Part shown: one piece after another, positions 16,989 to 30,734 of the stretch
Position numbering within the stretch: the stretch's first letter is position 1
How the letters are laid out: each line of letters starts with the position of its first letter
From: the human T2T-CHM13v2.0 reference genome, Homo sapiens
DNA: 64,000 bases
Direction: 5' to 3' (one strand)
Assembly: GCF_009914755.1 (NCBI RefSeq)
Contig: NC_060942.1
Position numbers and translations under genes: made by a program
Notes under the pieces: model-generated
Database searches by the model: none
What the model was told of the DNA's origin: nothing
The model's input: the letters and a program-made list of their open reading frames with translations, nothing else

Positions 16989-17012
16989 GGGCGGGGCCGC
17001 AGGAGGGCGGGG
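16989..17012 (+). promoter_or_regulatory. Two Sp/KLF GC boxes (GGGCGGGG x2)
   Basis: GGGCGG at 16989-16994 and 17005-17010. Confidence 0.65.
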
Positions 17013-17155
17013 CGCGAGCGAGAGCTGGGAGAAGGCAGTGAGCGAGCAGGCGGCAGGCACGGTCCGTGCGGAGCAGGCGAGCGAGCGGGAAGACGCAGCC
17101 ACCTTCCTCACCAGCCAGCCCACAGCGGTTTGTTCCCCTTCTCGGGAGTGCGCCA

Positions 17156-17277
17156 ATGCCTGGGCCGACCCAAACCCTGTCCCCAAATGGCGAGAACAAC
17201 AACGACATCATCCAGGATAATAACGGGACCATCATTCCTTTCCGGAAGCACACAGTGCGCGGGGAGCGTTCCTACAG
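17156..17277 (+). CDS. MAPRE2: MAPRE2 coding exon 1 (codons 1-41, EB2-specific N-terminal extension MPGPTQTLSPNGENNNDIIQDNNGTIIPFRKHTVRGERSY)
   Basis: Translation matches the recognisable N-terminus of EB2/RP1. ATG is at 17156 and the donor AG|GTAATG follows 17277 (122 nt, phase 2). It joins in frame to the exon at 45834 (AG+T = Ser41). Confidence 0.96.
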
Positions 17278-19810
17278 GTAATGGGGCTGGCACGAGAGCA
17301 GCGCCGGGGACCGCCGTGAGGGCGCGCGGAAATCCAGCCCGTTATATAATGGAGCAGACACTGCCTGCGACCCCTGCTGCAGGCATGCATTTGTGAAGGC
17401 GGTTGTGATTATTTGGTATCTGTTTCCATGTGTCATGTTGGGTTTGCATTGAGGCTCCGCGACTGCAGATGGAAAGCATTTTGTGAATAGGTTTGCTGCC
17501 TTCGAGGGGTCTCCCTCCATCTCTTTCCTTCCACACTGATAAAAATGCATGCTGTTTTCCCCCGCTGTCCAAAGGGAGACAGGCAGTAGCACTTCCTTTC
17601 CTCCTTCCCTTTTAGATTTTAAAGGAGCCATTAGGTAGCAGTGCCAAAAGGCAGAAAACGGGAGGGTGGGGAGAAAAACGTTTGCGCTTAACCTGGAGAG
17701 TGTGCAGGAAAGATGGAATCCTCTAGATTAAGCTGCAGTCTGTGATGTTAAACCGCCAGATTGATGGAGCTTTGTAAGAATTCTGCTCGCTGATTGGTGC
17801 AGGGATTGACAGCAGAGGTGATAGTGTCAGACATTCACCAAAATTTTCTCCATAGAACCCTAGGTTTATTAGAAAGAGACTGGACTGCAAAGGACTTGAA
17901 AAAAACTGGGCGCTGTTATGCATTTTCTAAGGAGTTTATGGCCACCGCTTGGGTGGGGGAGCCTTTCCTTCTTATTTACAGTAGGAAGGTGATTCCTGGT
18001 CTTTTGCTGAGGTCTGTTTTGAGGATGGGACTGATCTTGGTCATTGTATTGTGAGCCTTTTGATTAATGAGTTGGCCTGTACGGTTGGCATCATTTTTAC
18101 ATTAACATATCTGGCAATATGTTCCAGTAGATAAGCTCATTAAAATTGTTTGCATTGTTTGATAAGGATAACAATGTAATGGAGAATGCAGCTAGAGTCT
18201 TATGCAGCTCAAGGCCAGACTTGAAGGGAGACTGATAGCTTCGGTCATATTTCCTCTGAAGTTCTTTTGTACTGGGGTAGTTATTTTTAAATGTTACCTT
18301 GATAAACGCTAACAATGCTTTTGCTTTGAGGCAGAGCACACATACCTCTAAAGCGCATCCTCTCAGCTGATGAGCAACAGGAAATAACTCTTTTTTTCCT
18401 TTTTAGAGCCGTCATCTAAACATTCAGATGGTATTATGGGTAGAATATTGTGTGTGTAAATGTTGCATATCACAAAATAGAACCAGAAAGTACCCTACTT
18501 CCTTTCTCTTTGGCCAAAGAAATGCAGTATTTGTTGACTCAAAAAAAAAAAATTATAAGCAACCTTTGCCCTGTCATCTCTGGCAGTTACATAAATACTT
18601 GGAGTTAATTTTGGCTGTGCCCATGAGGTCACCAAAATCTCATGCCTTATGGTTCCAACTAATGTGTTGATATGGCATTCTTACAGATTTCAAGTGCTTG
18701 TTATTCACTTAATGTAAATCAAAATTCCTCCACAACTTCTGGAGATATCCTTTCAGAGACCCTGTGATTGGAAATTTGGGCCTCTTCTCCTCTTACTCCT
18801 CCACCTTTTTCCTCTGTGACCATCCCAAAGCCTAAAAATAGAATTTAAAAACAAAAAACTTGAAGTGATTTTAAATCTCACTAGTTTGAACTTTTTTTGT
18901 AGAAAATAAATTTGAAGCCTTCATTTTCTAAATGATTTAATCCCTGCTGTGTAGGTAGCAGTTGCTTTTAAGACAGAATTCGAATTTTACCCCATGGGCC
19001 AAAGGAAGTTGCCTGGTTGGGTTTTATTACTCATGTAAACTAACTTGAAACGGCAGTGGAAAATCATTTGACAGAAAGGTTAAATGTTACGTTTTGGTGA
19101 CAGATTATTGCTTTAAAATGAAATTTTATTTACCTCTTTAATTCAACCCAGGCTATTATTTGCGTTTCCTAAATTATTTGCAGTTTGCTTTCTGAGTCCC
19201 TATAATGGCATTCAAAATTATGTAAAAAACAAAACTGAATTTTAATAAAGATCTTACTGAACAAATTCTTAAGTCCCTAAGAGCATCACTGCATTTGTAT
19301 TTGATATAATAGGATTACTGGATGATATAGCGAGAGGTGTCATAGGCTAAATGAAGAAGGAAGCCTCTCAAATTGCATTTGTCTTGTGTTATACAAAGGG
19401 TGCACATGGAGACAGACACATTCGATGTTTTTCTTCTTCTGTTTTTCTTTCAAAGTGGATGTCCAGTGTAATAATTACCACTTATTTTTTTGGAGGGGCA
19501 TAGGAAAAGGAAAAATGTGACACATTTTTCTATCCAGGAAGCATTCCATCATTATTTTGGCATCCCAAGACTGGAATATTATAGCCATTTAATTGCTGAG
19601 GAAACTTGGAAGGCAATTTGAAAGCGAAGAGTAGAGATTTAACCAAATAAAAGTTTTGCCTTGGCTATAGGTTTGGTATGGCCCTCAACAATGAAGATGT
19701 GCCTGGAAGTTCTGGGTGGAGTCCCTTATGGTGGGGTTGGGGTTGAGTGAGCCCAGTTCCCTGGCAAGATCAGAGGGAATTCTTTCCCTGGATCCTTTAT
19801 TGACTTCTAG

Positions 19811-20144
<334 letters not shown>

Positions 20145-23100
20145 TTAGGCTTTATTTTCTACCTTTGCCTGTTGTATATAAAAATATCTAGCCCCCGTTG
20201 TTAGAGAGATATTGTGAGGCTAAACTCCATATTTAAACCAAGTAATTTCCTAAAAGAGCTATGTAACATAAGAATACTGTTGTTACTGAAAAAGGGCTCT
20301 TGCAGGGGCTCTTGGACGAGAACATGTCTCACCTTGCTGGCAGCACAGGTGAGAAGAGGAGGGAACACCTAGAGGATAGGGTGGCTCTCCTGAGCATTGT
20401 TAATGGGCAAGCAGTCACTCTTTGGAGAAGGAGACATTACTGTTATAGCATTTGCACCATATTGTTCATAAGTATGTCAAATTTGGTTCCTGACCCACAT
20501 CTCTTAACCCAGGTATCTGATAGTGTAAACAAAGCCCATTTTCACAGCATGGAACAGAGTGGGTGGCAGCTCATTATTGAAACTAGCTTGCACCTTGATT
20601 AGAAAAGCAAGCTTCCTTTAGAAAATTACCCCTGGATTAGTAATTCCAATTGAAAAGAGTAAGTACAAAAATGGCTTAGCAGACTCATAGAGACATGTTT
20701 TCACTCCTGTGTGATTTCCTTCTCAGCCTCAGCTTCCTCACTGTGTTTATGAATGCTAGAAATCTATGTATTTTAAGACCTGCTTAAAAAATAAATGTGG
20801 TGTGGGCCATCCGAGGTGACACTGTTTAATTCACAGAGCGAATGAGTCGTGCTCTGGATCTCCCTGGAGAGGATGCTCCCCATAGCTCTGTTTCATGCAG
20901 ATGCTAGTTGGAAATGAGATTTATTAACTGGCTCTCTGCCCACTGCATCTTTGTTTGTATACTCCAGGCTTTTAAGAATGAATGTATAAGTCTAGAGGAC
21001 TATTTCCACATGGGTGTTTTGAGCATGCGACTACAGTAGCACATGTTTCTGAATACTTTAAAAAAAAAAAATTACTTGGCCCCAGGAAATGGATTGCAGA
21101 GAAAAGCAAAACTAAAATTTAAGCCTAAAGCATTGGCCATAACATCCAGCTTTGCCAGTTTTAAAAAACATGCTGTTGTTAAGGAAAACAAAGAGAAATA
21201 TCGTAATATTGTGCATGTGTGTGTGTTTTTTTGTGCACGTGTGTGTATAAAAGAGTTGTGAAAGTGTGTTCCATTCAATAGAGGCTATTGTAACATGGCT
21301 CACTTTTATCAGAACATAGGCTTCACATCACATTCCCCAAAACAGCAGTTATAGATTGCAAAAGTCTGCGTTCATGTCTTTATTATGTATTTGTTAGTAT
21401 CATCTAGGTTTAATACTGTCAAAGGAGGTTTTCCAAAAATAAAGATTTTTGTCCTTACTATTTTTCTTAGTGTTTGTAAAAATCAGAAGATTACTTGATG
21501 CTTTAGTACATGCCCAACTCTGGAACTTCTTTTACGGATTTTCAGAGCTTCTGTTAATGGAATGGTCTTCCGGGTGCTCTTGCTTTGGGGAGAGGCTCAC
21601 TCCTGCTCTGTAGCTGGTATCTGTTGACAGTGCATTATCTTAGAGCAGTGCTGTGAGATTGTCCTCTGGAATTCAGAAGGTTGATTTCCTTATGCAGCAT
21701 CTTTTCTTTATTTACAGGGACCTCTTGAAGCTGCAGTGAATAATTCTAGATTAATTGGAAGGGGAAATTTGGGACTAATTTAAATATTCTGTTTGGTTTA
21801 GAGAATTAATTAATTTTACAAATATTTGAAAGTCTGCTCTGGCCAAGGTCTGTGCTAGATGCCCCTTGAAGGATCTTGAGTCCTAGTAAAGTCCGATGGA
21901 AAACCGCTCATTTTGTAAAAGACTTACAGTGTTGGTATTTTGCTTAGTCTGATAGCGAAAGTGGTTTGCATTTCCTGAACCCCCAGTGACCCAAAGGGGG
22001 AAAAAAAGTTTCTCTGAAGTCCAGTGTGCTGTAGGAAGCTAAAAGACACTGAGAGAAACCAGAAATTTTGCTGAAAAGAATGTAGGCTTTAGGATCAGGC
22101 AGAATTTTCACTGGCCTGGCCAGGTGTGTTGGGCAGTGGTAGAAAATAAAAGCATTGAAAAGCAGGCGGGGTAGTTGGAACTTGGAAATAAGAAGCTACT
22201 GAAAGTTTATTGACTGAAGATAGTGTAATGAAAACAGATGCCTACTGCAGTGGATCTTCAGTTTTGAAATGAGAGCTAAAAGGAAAACGGGATCCCAATG
22301 CACCACTGTGTGGGTCTAGAATCACTAGAAAATACTTAATGCCATGCGAGAGCTTGAGCCCTCTAATGTGCAGAGATCAGGACTAGGTAGATGTTCTCTG
22401 GCTCAGGATGTCTTTCCTTGAGTAGAAGCAATGAATGCAGCTTTGTTCCATAATGAGACTGGTACTTAGCCCAGACAGTGGCTTTTATATTTGCAGATGC
22501 CCACTTCATAGCTATCAGTCTAACTTTTAGGAGTGGCAAGTGTGGAGAGCTGCCACTATTCTGATCTTCCCAAACAATGAACCAGGTTTCTGGTTCATTA
22601 TGAAGCATCTTCCCTTGGCATTTAATGATGTAAAAAGTTCCGATGTGGCTGATGAAACTGCTCAGAACACTCCCTGTGACTTTGGGGCCAATTCCTCTGA
22701 CAGTTAGAAGGTTATCACCTTGGTGGCAGACTCCAGAGTGGATGGAGTTTACCCTAAATAGTGTGTGTGTGTTTACTTCTTATTTTAGTCAATTTCACTT
22801 TAAAGGACAAATTGATTTTCTTCTCTCCTGTGAGAAGTATCTTTTTTCTACAGTGAATTAAGTTAGAATATATATCTAAGAACAGTTTTATTCTTCCTGA
22901 CTTCAGGCCATCTTTCAGCTAGCTGCCTCTGTAATACTACATTGAGTATGTCAAACTTAGCCAATATCTGAAGCACTATTCCAACAGCCCTTTTTCTTTC
23001 TAACACTCCACACACATCCCATTGGTATCATACAAACCTTGTTTCTTAGCTCATTTTAAAATTCCGATTGTTTATCTTAGTGTTTCTGGCCCTTGGTCTT

Positions 23101-23639
23101 TATTATTAGATTGAGAGAATTCTCTCAAAGTGGAAACCTGCAATTCACATAGGCAAGAAATTATGCAACATTTACCTTATAGCATAAATCAAAGAAATTT
23201 CTCCTAAATATGTTTTTATAAAATGCCTCCCCAAAGATGATCATTTACTTTAATGAAAATAAATCATTAGCAAGGTAAAGACTGAACAGAGTTTTATAGG
23301 CCACCAATAAATAATTTCTTAGTAGGTTACTTAAAAAAAAAAAAAAAAACACTGTGTTTTCAGTGTCAAATCTCCCCAAGTGAATTAAGATTTTACTCAC
23401 TTGAACCAGGACAGAGTTTCTTAAAGAATTACTGTCTTTTCTAAGGGAGCAGAAGTTTGTGATAAATACATGAAATGATCAAGTTGACAGCTTTGAGTGA
23501 TGGTGTCCTCTAATGCTTATCTAGTTAAGAAAATATGGCAAAAACTCAAACTTTCTGTGATTTCTAGGCCTCTCTTTGTTCCAGCAGGTAAAATGACCAT
23601 GCTGGAAGAATCTGATTTTAGCAATGACTTTGGAACAGA

Positions 23640-24001
23640 AAGACAACATGGCAAGAGGTTTAATTGGCTTACAGTTCTGCAGGCTGTATAGGAAGCTGGC
23701 ACCAGCATCTGCTCAGCTTCTGGGGAGGCCTCAGGGAGCTTTCACTCATGGTGGAAGGCGAAGCGGGAGCAGGCATGTCTCATGGCCAGAGCAGAAGCAA
23801 GAGAGAGGGAGTGGAGGGGGAGGTGCCACACACTTTTAGGCAACCAGCTCATGTGAGAAGTCACTCAGTGTCATGAGGACAGCATCGAGCTATGAGGGAC
23901 CCGACCCCATGACCCAAACACCTCCTACCAGGCCCCACCTCCAACACTGGGGATTTTAATTCAACACAAGATTTAGAGGGGACAACATCCAAACTATATC
24001 A
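23640..24001 (-). mobile_element. MST-family MaLR LTR (partial)
   Basis: aagaggtttaattggcttacagttctgcagg...catggtggaaggcgaag...ccaggccccacctccaacactgggg...ccaaactatatca. Confidence 0.85.
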
Positions 24002-24455
24002 TATATTTATATAGTATTAACACATATACTATATATGTGTGTGTGTGTGTATTTATACATATGTACACTATAGAAAGTATATATACACATACATATATAC
24101 TTTTAGAAAGTATAATTATATATGTGTTACATATAGTATTAACACATATACTACATATACTATATTCACACATATATAGTAGTAACATATATGTATTATA
24201 TATGTGTGTATGTATACTACATACACATAGTATTTATAGTATTAACACATATACTATATGTGTATATGTGTTTATAGTATATGTATTAATACTATACGTA
24301 CACTATACTATATATACTATTATATATAGTGTATATATAGTATATGTGTTAATACTATAACACAATGGTGAGAACTGGGCATATATAGTATGTGTTAATA
24401 CTATATATAACACATATATATGTATATATAATTATACTTTCTAAGATTATACTTC
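24001..24455. repeat. AT-rich (TA/CA) low-complexity repeat with internal direct and inverted units
   Basis: Repeated unit TATAGTATTAACACATATACTA on both strands. Confidence 0.9.
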
Positions 24456-27274
24456 CTAAAGGCATTTTGGCTATCCATAAAAATTTATACAGAAGAAAAT
24501 ACAAATTTTTATAGAAATTCACATTTTAATTGTGTGCAAAATCGATCCTGAAGTTTATGGCCAATGTTTGTTGTTGCGTATGACTAAAAAGATGGTGCTG
24601 TTGATGTGAGACACACTTTAGATTTCTGTGATCCTATTTCATTTTTCATAGAAGTAATACTTGTTTTTGTTTTGTTTTGCTTTAAAGACATTAATTTTTT
24701 GTTCTTTATTTAGTGTCAGCCTACCCTGGCAAAGCCCTGGGAGGTAATTTGTCAAAAACGCCAGGTAATTTGTCAAAAAACATCTCTGGGAGGCTTTCTT
24801 ATGTTCACAGCTATACTTTGATTATAAACAGTGGTATCCCTGATTGAAGGGCCCTCTGTGATTCCCTGAGAGGTCTTCATTTGGTGCTGTGCAAGTCAGG
24901 AGAAAGTGAAGCTAAGTGAGCTCCTTCCCCCACTCCCTCACGCCATCTACTTCCTTTTTATCATTTTGGAGTGCCAGAAAGTGTTTTCAGGTTCTAATAA
25001 TGTCATTTTTAAAATCCCCACTCTTGGGTTTTACACAATTATTGTTACATTAAAGTTTAAGCCAAAAATCCTTCTTTCAGCAGACTTACCGAGTTCCTTT
25101 AATGTGCCAACCTTCCTCCATGCTGGGCCCTTGGAATACAAAGATAAATATTGCACAGCCCTCCCTTGATAAGAACCTCCAGGGGCCTGGACAGTGGGCG
25201 AGAGTACGTGGTGGGAGGGATGTGAGATGGAGAGGTTCCCACACCTGACCCCAGAGTATACACAGGGTGTGTGTTTTGTTTTTTGCTGAGGTGTGGCTGT
25301 CATTGGTTCAGAAGTCTTCCTGATACTTGTCTGAATAAAAGTAATTTTGTGATTATTGTGTTGATACTTGGGAAGGGCAAAATTATCACTCCTATAATTT
25401 TCAAAAGCTTTCAGAAATGTAGCGTGTAAGTAAAAATGTGTGTGTACCCTACTATGACCTCTATATTTGTCTTATGAACATAGCCTTGAGGCACAAGCTT
25501 GGGCATTGTTGAGTGATTTTTGTGGCAGGAAGTTCATTTCTGCTTTTCAAAAAGTCGAGGAAAAGTAAAAGGCTTATTTATCTGTTTTGCTCTTCCAATT
25601 TTTATATTTGTATTGGTCATCACTAGGTTAAAAATATTTCAGTATGCTATTACATAAAAAGTGAAAATGAGATCATATATTCATACTTTATTCATAGAGA
25701 AACTGAAAGGATATAAACTAATAATGGTAAGAACTGGGAAGATTAATCACTGTGTACCTTTTTATGTTTTTTTTTTCTAAACTGAAACTAAATGCATTAC
25801 CTCATCAATCAGTGATGTTTCAATTAGCCCTTTAATAGCATAGGTTTTTAAAATTAAATAAGTTTCAGTTTGAACTTAATGAGGTTTACATGTTGAAATA
25901 TGTTAGGAAACATCTGATAGATACTCATGAACTTACCAAAGTCACATGGATGACAGTAAAGATTTGCCTAATGCAAGTACCATTCTTACATTAAACATCA
26001 GTAGTCACAAATGAAATGTGCTCCTATAGCATCTGCCTCATTTAGCCCTTTGAGGTTTCACACATAGCAATCCATAGTGGAGATTTTGTTTCATTTTCTC
26101 CAGAGTACATTGAAGCTGCCTGTGTGTTTTGTGATGCGTCCAGCCTGTTTAGTATGCTCTGTGAATCTTACACTAACTGCAAAATAATACTCTGTGAGGA
26201 TTATTTTAAAATATCCTCTTTGCATTTTTGTTTTCTTCTCATTTATCAAGCTCCTGCCATTTATCAAGTACAGCAAAGGGCCCTAAAACTGAGATTGCAG
26301 GTAATTGCCAATTTTTTGGCCACTCTGAGTGCAGTCCTCTGTCCTCCTCCAACTCAGCCTAACCTCCCACCTTAGGGAACTTAATTGGGCAATATCTGGC
26401 CTTCATGTGACCCCTGTGTGTGATGACGGCCAGGAAACAAGCCATCTGCATTCACCATGCATTTCTGTTTCAGCCCTCTCACCCAGGAGTCTGGGTGAAA
26501 ACTGAGAGAACCCCCAGGGAGACTGACCAATTAAGAAAAAAACAAGAACAAAGCTTTGAATATATTATCCTCAGTATAGGGACCTGCTCACTGTCAGCAA
26601 CTCTGAAATAAAAAAGCTTGTGGAACTTACGAGCTGAATGTCTGCTAGAAAAGGAGGAAGCAGAAGACAGGATCATTGGGAGATGGAGTGTAATGGGAAG
26701 TGAGTGCAGCATGGAGGACAGTGAGGGTTTCTTGGGGTGAACATGCCAGCCTCTAGAGAGAGTTTAGTTCTCTGCCTCCCTACCCCCACCCCATCTCTCT
26801 CCCTGTCTTTTCAAGGGCAGAGTAAACCTTCCCTTCGACACTTGTTCTCCAAGGACAGAAGAAAATGAAGAGCTCTGTGTTAGCCTAGGCAGGGGTCTGG
26901 CAGGAGAAGGGAAACAGGACCAACAAGTCTCTCCCAAGTCCCTTAATGGGGCCTGGAATACACAGTAAATTGTTAAGTTTGAGTTTGGGAAGCCAATTTG
27001 GGAAGCCAAATTGATAAGTTTGGGTTTGGGAAGCCAATTTCTTTCCCCCTGAAATTTTTGACAGGCAGATAGCATTGTCATAACAATGACTTTAAGATGT
27101 CAGCATGTACCTATTTCCAGCCTGTATGATAAGTGTGTCACTGCTACCTCTACTCCAGTTCAAAATTTGGTCTGTACCGAAAAGGGAACCTGGATTGTCC
27201 CCTACCTCCTTTCCTAACCTCCAGGAGGACCAGTTGGGGTCCTCAAAGTGCACAGCCAGGAAGTTGCTTGAAGA

Positions 27275-27525
27275 GGCAGTGAGGTATAGTGGGCAAAGCT
27301 TGGCTCTGGTGTGAGACTTTTACTTTCTGTCCCAGCTCCATCCCTTTCTAGGGCAACATTTTTTTAGCTTCTCTAAGCCTCATTTTCTTACCGTGCATAT
27401 GGAAATAATAGTAGCATCAACTTCCCAGGGTTCTTATGCAGATTAAATGTGTTACAGAACATAAGGTGTGCCAAACGGTGCCTGGTGCAAAGTAAATGCC
27501 TCAAAGAGTGTTAGCTAGTATTATT
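27275..27525 (+). mobile_element. MIR, near full length
   Basis: gaggcagtgaggtatagtgg...cttctctaagcctcattttc...ggtgcctggtgcaaagtaaatgcctcaa. Confidence 0.7.
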
Positions 27526-27679
27526 TCTTGCAGCTTAAATCTACTCTTTTACCCTGTATTGATAAAAATCTATAATCTTTTTGTTCTAAGTACCCTGTAC
27601 AATACTTTGCACATAGCAGATGTTCATTAAAAGTTCAAATTGAACCTGGAAAAAAGTCAAACAAATTATACTATAGTCT

Positions 27680-28540
27680 TTTTTCCCCCTCATCAACTTT
27701 ATTAAGAATTTATGTACAGTAAACTGCAGCCATTTAAAGTGTCTGAGTCAGAGTTTTGGCAGTGTGTCCACCCTGAAGCCATCACCACAGTCAAGATGCA
27801 GAACATTTCCATCACCCCCAAAAGACTCCTTGTACCCTTTGCAGTCCAAATCTTCTCTGCCCAAAGCCCCAGGAGCCAGTGATCTGCTTTCTGTCACCAC
27901 AGATTAGATTACATTTTATATAAATGGGATCACAGAGAATGCACTCATTAGTGTCTGACTACTTTGACTCAGCACAATGATTTTAAGATTCATCCATATG
28001 GGATGTCTCAGTAGTTCATCACTCTTTATTGCTGAGTAGTATTTCATTGTATGGCTATACCATATTTTGTTTATCTGCTCACCAGTTGATGAACATTTAT
28101 GTTTCCAGTTTTTAGGAATTATGAAGCAAGTTTCTATGAATATTGTTATACAAGTCTTTGTGGAGGTGTTTTCATTTCTCTGGGGAAAATACTTAGGAGT
28201 GGAGTGATTGGGTCATATGGCTGGTGTTTAACTTTTTGAGAAACTGTTTGGCAAACAGTTGTCCAAAATGGTTGTACCATTTTACATTCCTAGCAGCACA
28301 GTATGAGAGTTCTGATTGTTTCACATCCTTGGCAACACTTACTATCAGTCTCTTAAATGTTGGCCATCCTTATGGATGTAGAATGGTATCTCATTGAGAT
28401 TTTAATTTCTATTTTCATGATGACTAATGATGGGTATGTTTTAATGTGCATATTGGCCATTTGTGTGTCTTCTGTAGTAAAGTGTTCAAATCTTTTTCCA
28501 TTTAAAAAAATAGGTTATCTTTTTAAATAGAATTATACAC
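27680..28540 (-). mobile_element. Old L1M (L1MB/ME-type) 3' region
   Basis: agaacatttccatcaccccc, ttattgctgagtagtatttcattgtatgg, tgtaccattttacattcc. Confidence 0.8.
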
Positions 28541-28723
28541 ATATGTTTTGCATAATAATATAGTCTTGAATTGTATTTTAATATGTACAGGTCTTATATT
28601 CTTAACTTGAATATAAAGTCCCCCCCCCCCCACACACAAAAAGACCTAGTCTTTGTTCACAATGACTTTTACAGCAATTAGTTACATGGTCCATCCTCAG
28701 TAAGTACATATTAAATGAGTCTA

Positions 28724-29080
<357 letters not shown>

Positions 29081-29309
29081 TTATTTTAGCTGAGAAAAAA
29101 AAAACACTGAATCTACCTTAGAAGTTTTATATGAACATGTTACATTTGGGAGGTAGTCTTGGTAGATAGGAGATGCTCTTCTAGTTCTGTGGAGAAGAAC
29201 CCTATAATTAAGACATTCTTTTCTTTGTATTGTGTGTCCCCTTCTTGCTAGATTCCACTATTAAATTTAAGAGGAAAGTGTGCATAGAAAATTTTTTTTC
29301 TTTAATTGT

Positions 29310-29570
29310 AACAAGGATACCATATGTTCTCACAAGTGGCAGCTAAATGATGAGAACTAATGAACACAAAGAAGAGAACAACAGGCATTGGGGTCTACTT
29401 GAGAGGGGAAGGTAGAAGGAGAGAGAGGAGCAGAAAAAATAACTAATGGTTACTGGGCTTAATACCTGGGTGATGAAATAATCTGTACAGCAAACCCCCA
29501 TGACATGAGTTTACCTATATAACAAACCTTCACATGTACCCCCAAACCTAAAGTAAACATTTTAAAAACT
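29310..29570 (+). mobile_element. Older primate L1 (L1PA15/16-like) 3' end fragment
   Basis: ggcttaatacctgggtgatgaaataatctgtacagcaaacccccatgac...aacaaaccttcacatgtacccc. Confidence 0.8.
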
Positions 29571-30734
29571 AAGTAAATGAAAAGAGGGAGGAAAAATAAA
29601 TGTAACAAGGAGCCATTTGCATGCTTCCAAAATTTTGCCAAGAATAGCCAAAGCGTTGGATGCCCCCCTTTTAAAAATTTTTGTGGTGAAGATCCCTAAA
29701 CTTGATCTCTTTCCATTCCCATTCCATCTAATTTGGCAGTTTTGTTGTTGTTTTGCTCCTGACTTCTCTAACTCCCTAAGAAGAAATTGTCTCAAGTAAA
29801 ATTTAGAGACTGGGAAACAAAAGCTTAGTAAGGTCATAGGTTTGCCTAAAAGGATCGACTGAGGGACCTCGTTTTGGAGAAGATGAGGATCCTTGGCTCC
29901 CAGAATCTGTTCAGAAATCTTTCCAGCTAAAAGCCAGTTTCTTAACTACATATGTTTCAAAATCCAAAAATGCAAAGTTTAAGTTCACTAATGATTTCAC
30001 AAATGTCCTAGGCCTACTACTAGATTTCGTGGGTGCCACTTATTTCGTTTAACATTTATTCATTTTATTGCCAAAAGGTTCAGGCCGAATTTCAGGTGAG
30101 TCGCTGCCTCCATGGTGGCGGCAGTCAGATGATTCTCTCTGTTCTGGTTGGGACTGAGTGGACCACAGCCACTCAAGGATCCCTTGAGAGTTGCGAGTGT
30201 TCTTTTTGATTTGAGGATGTGCCGTGAACGGAAGCCAAATACTAATAGACAGGACATCCTGTGATTCCCTTAGTTTACGATGGCCGAGGATGTGTGGGTT
30301 TTTTTGTTTGTTTGTTTCTTTTTTTTGATAAGATGATTACTTGGTTTTTTTCCTGTTAACAAGGGAGCCTAGATGATGATGTCCATTTGGCTTTTAGGAC
30401 TCTTAACTAGCAAACAACTAAGCCCCTGCAAAATCACATGAAGACATTGGAAAATCTTTTTATGTAAGGCAGAGATGATTTGGTCATAGTTCGCAATGAA
30501 GTGACCGTCAGTTCTATTGGCTTGAAATAATAATGAACCAAAGAGGGGAAATGACCGAAGTCGAAGTTCTTGAAATTAAGGATGTTAAAATAAAATTCTG
30601 AAATCTAGTATACTGTGGTATACCTATACGGTTAAGTATTATACAAATATTACATGTGAAGAAAATATGAAAAAAGTTCACAAATGTACCAATGTTAACA
30701 GAAGCAAGATGATTATTACAAACGTTTATATGGA

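Larger units (their letters stand above)
16730..17480 (+). promoter_or_regulatory. MAPRE2: CpG island / promoter and 5' UTR of MAPRE2
   Basis: Sharp rise in GC and CpG density against an AT-rich, CpG-depleted background. It surrounds the first coding exon, and no obvious TATA box is present. Confidence 0.88.

Noticed and set aside
17066-17155. In-frame GTG-initiated 30-aa N-terminal extension of EB2
   Set aside because: Poor context (tccGTGc), low-complexity GC-rich translation, and no supporting evidence in the sequence.
16926-17396. 156-aa ORF starting at the ATG in the X-box, plus other overlapping ORFs in the CpG island
   Set aside because: GC-rich sequence lacks stops by chance. The ATG is part of a TF motif probably upstream of the TSS, and the ORF runs through the splice donor.
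23994-24360. Hydrophobic Tyr/Ile/Val-rich ORFs
   Set aside because: Artefacts of the TA/CA low-complexity repeat.
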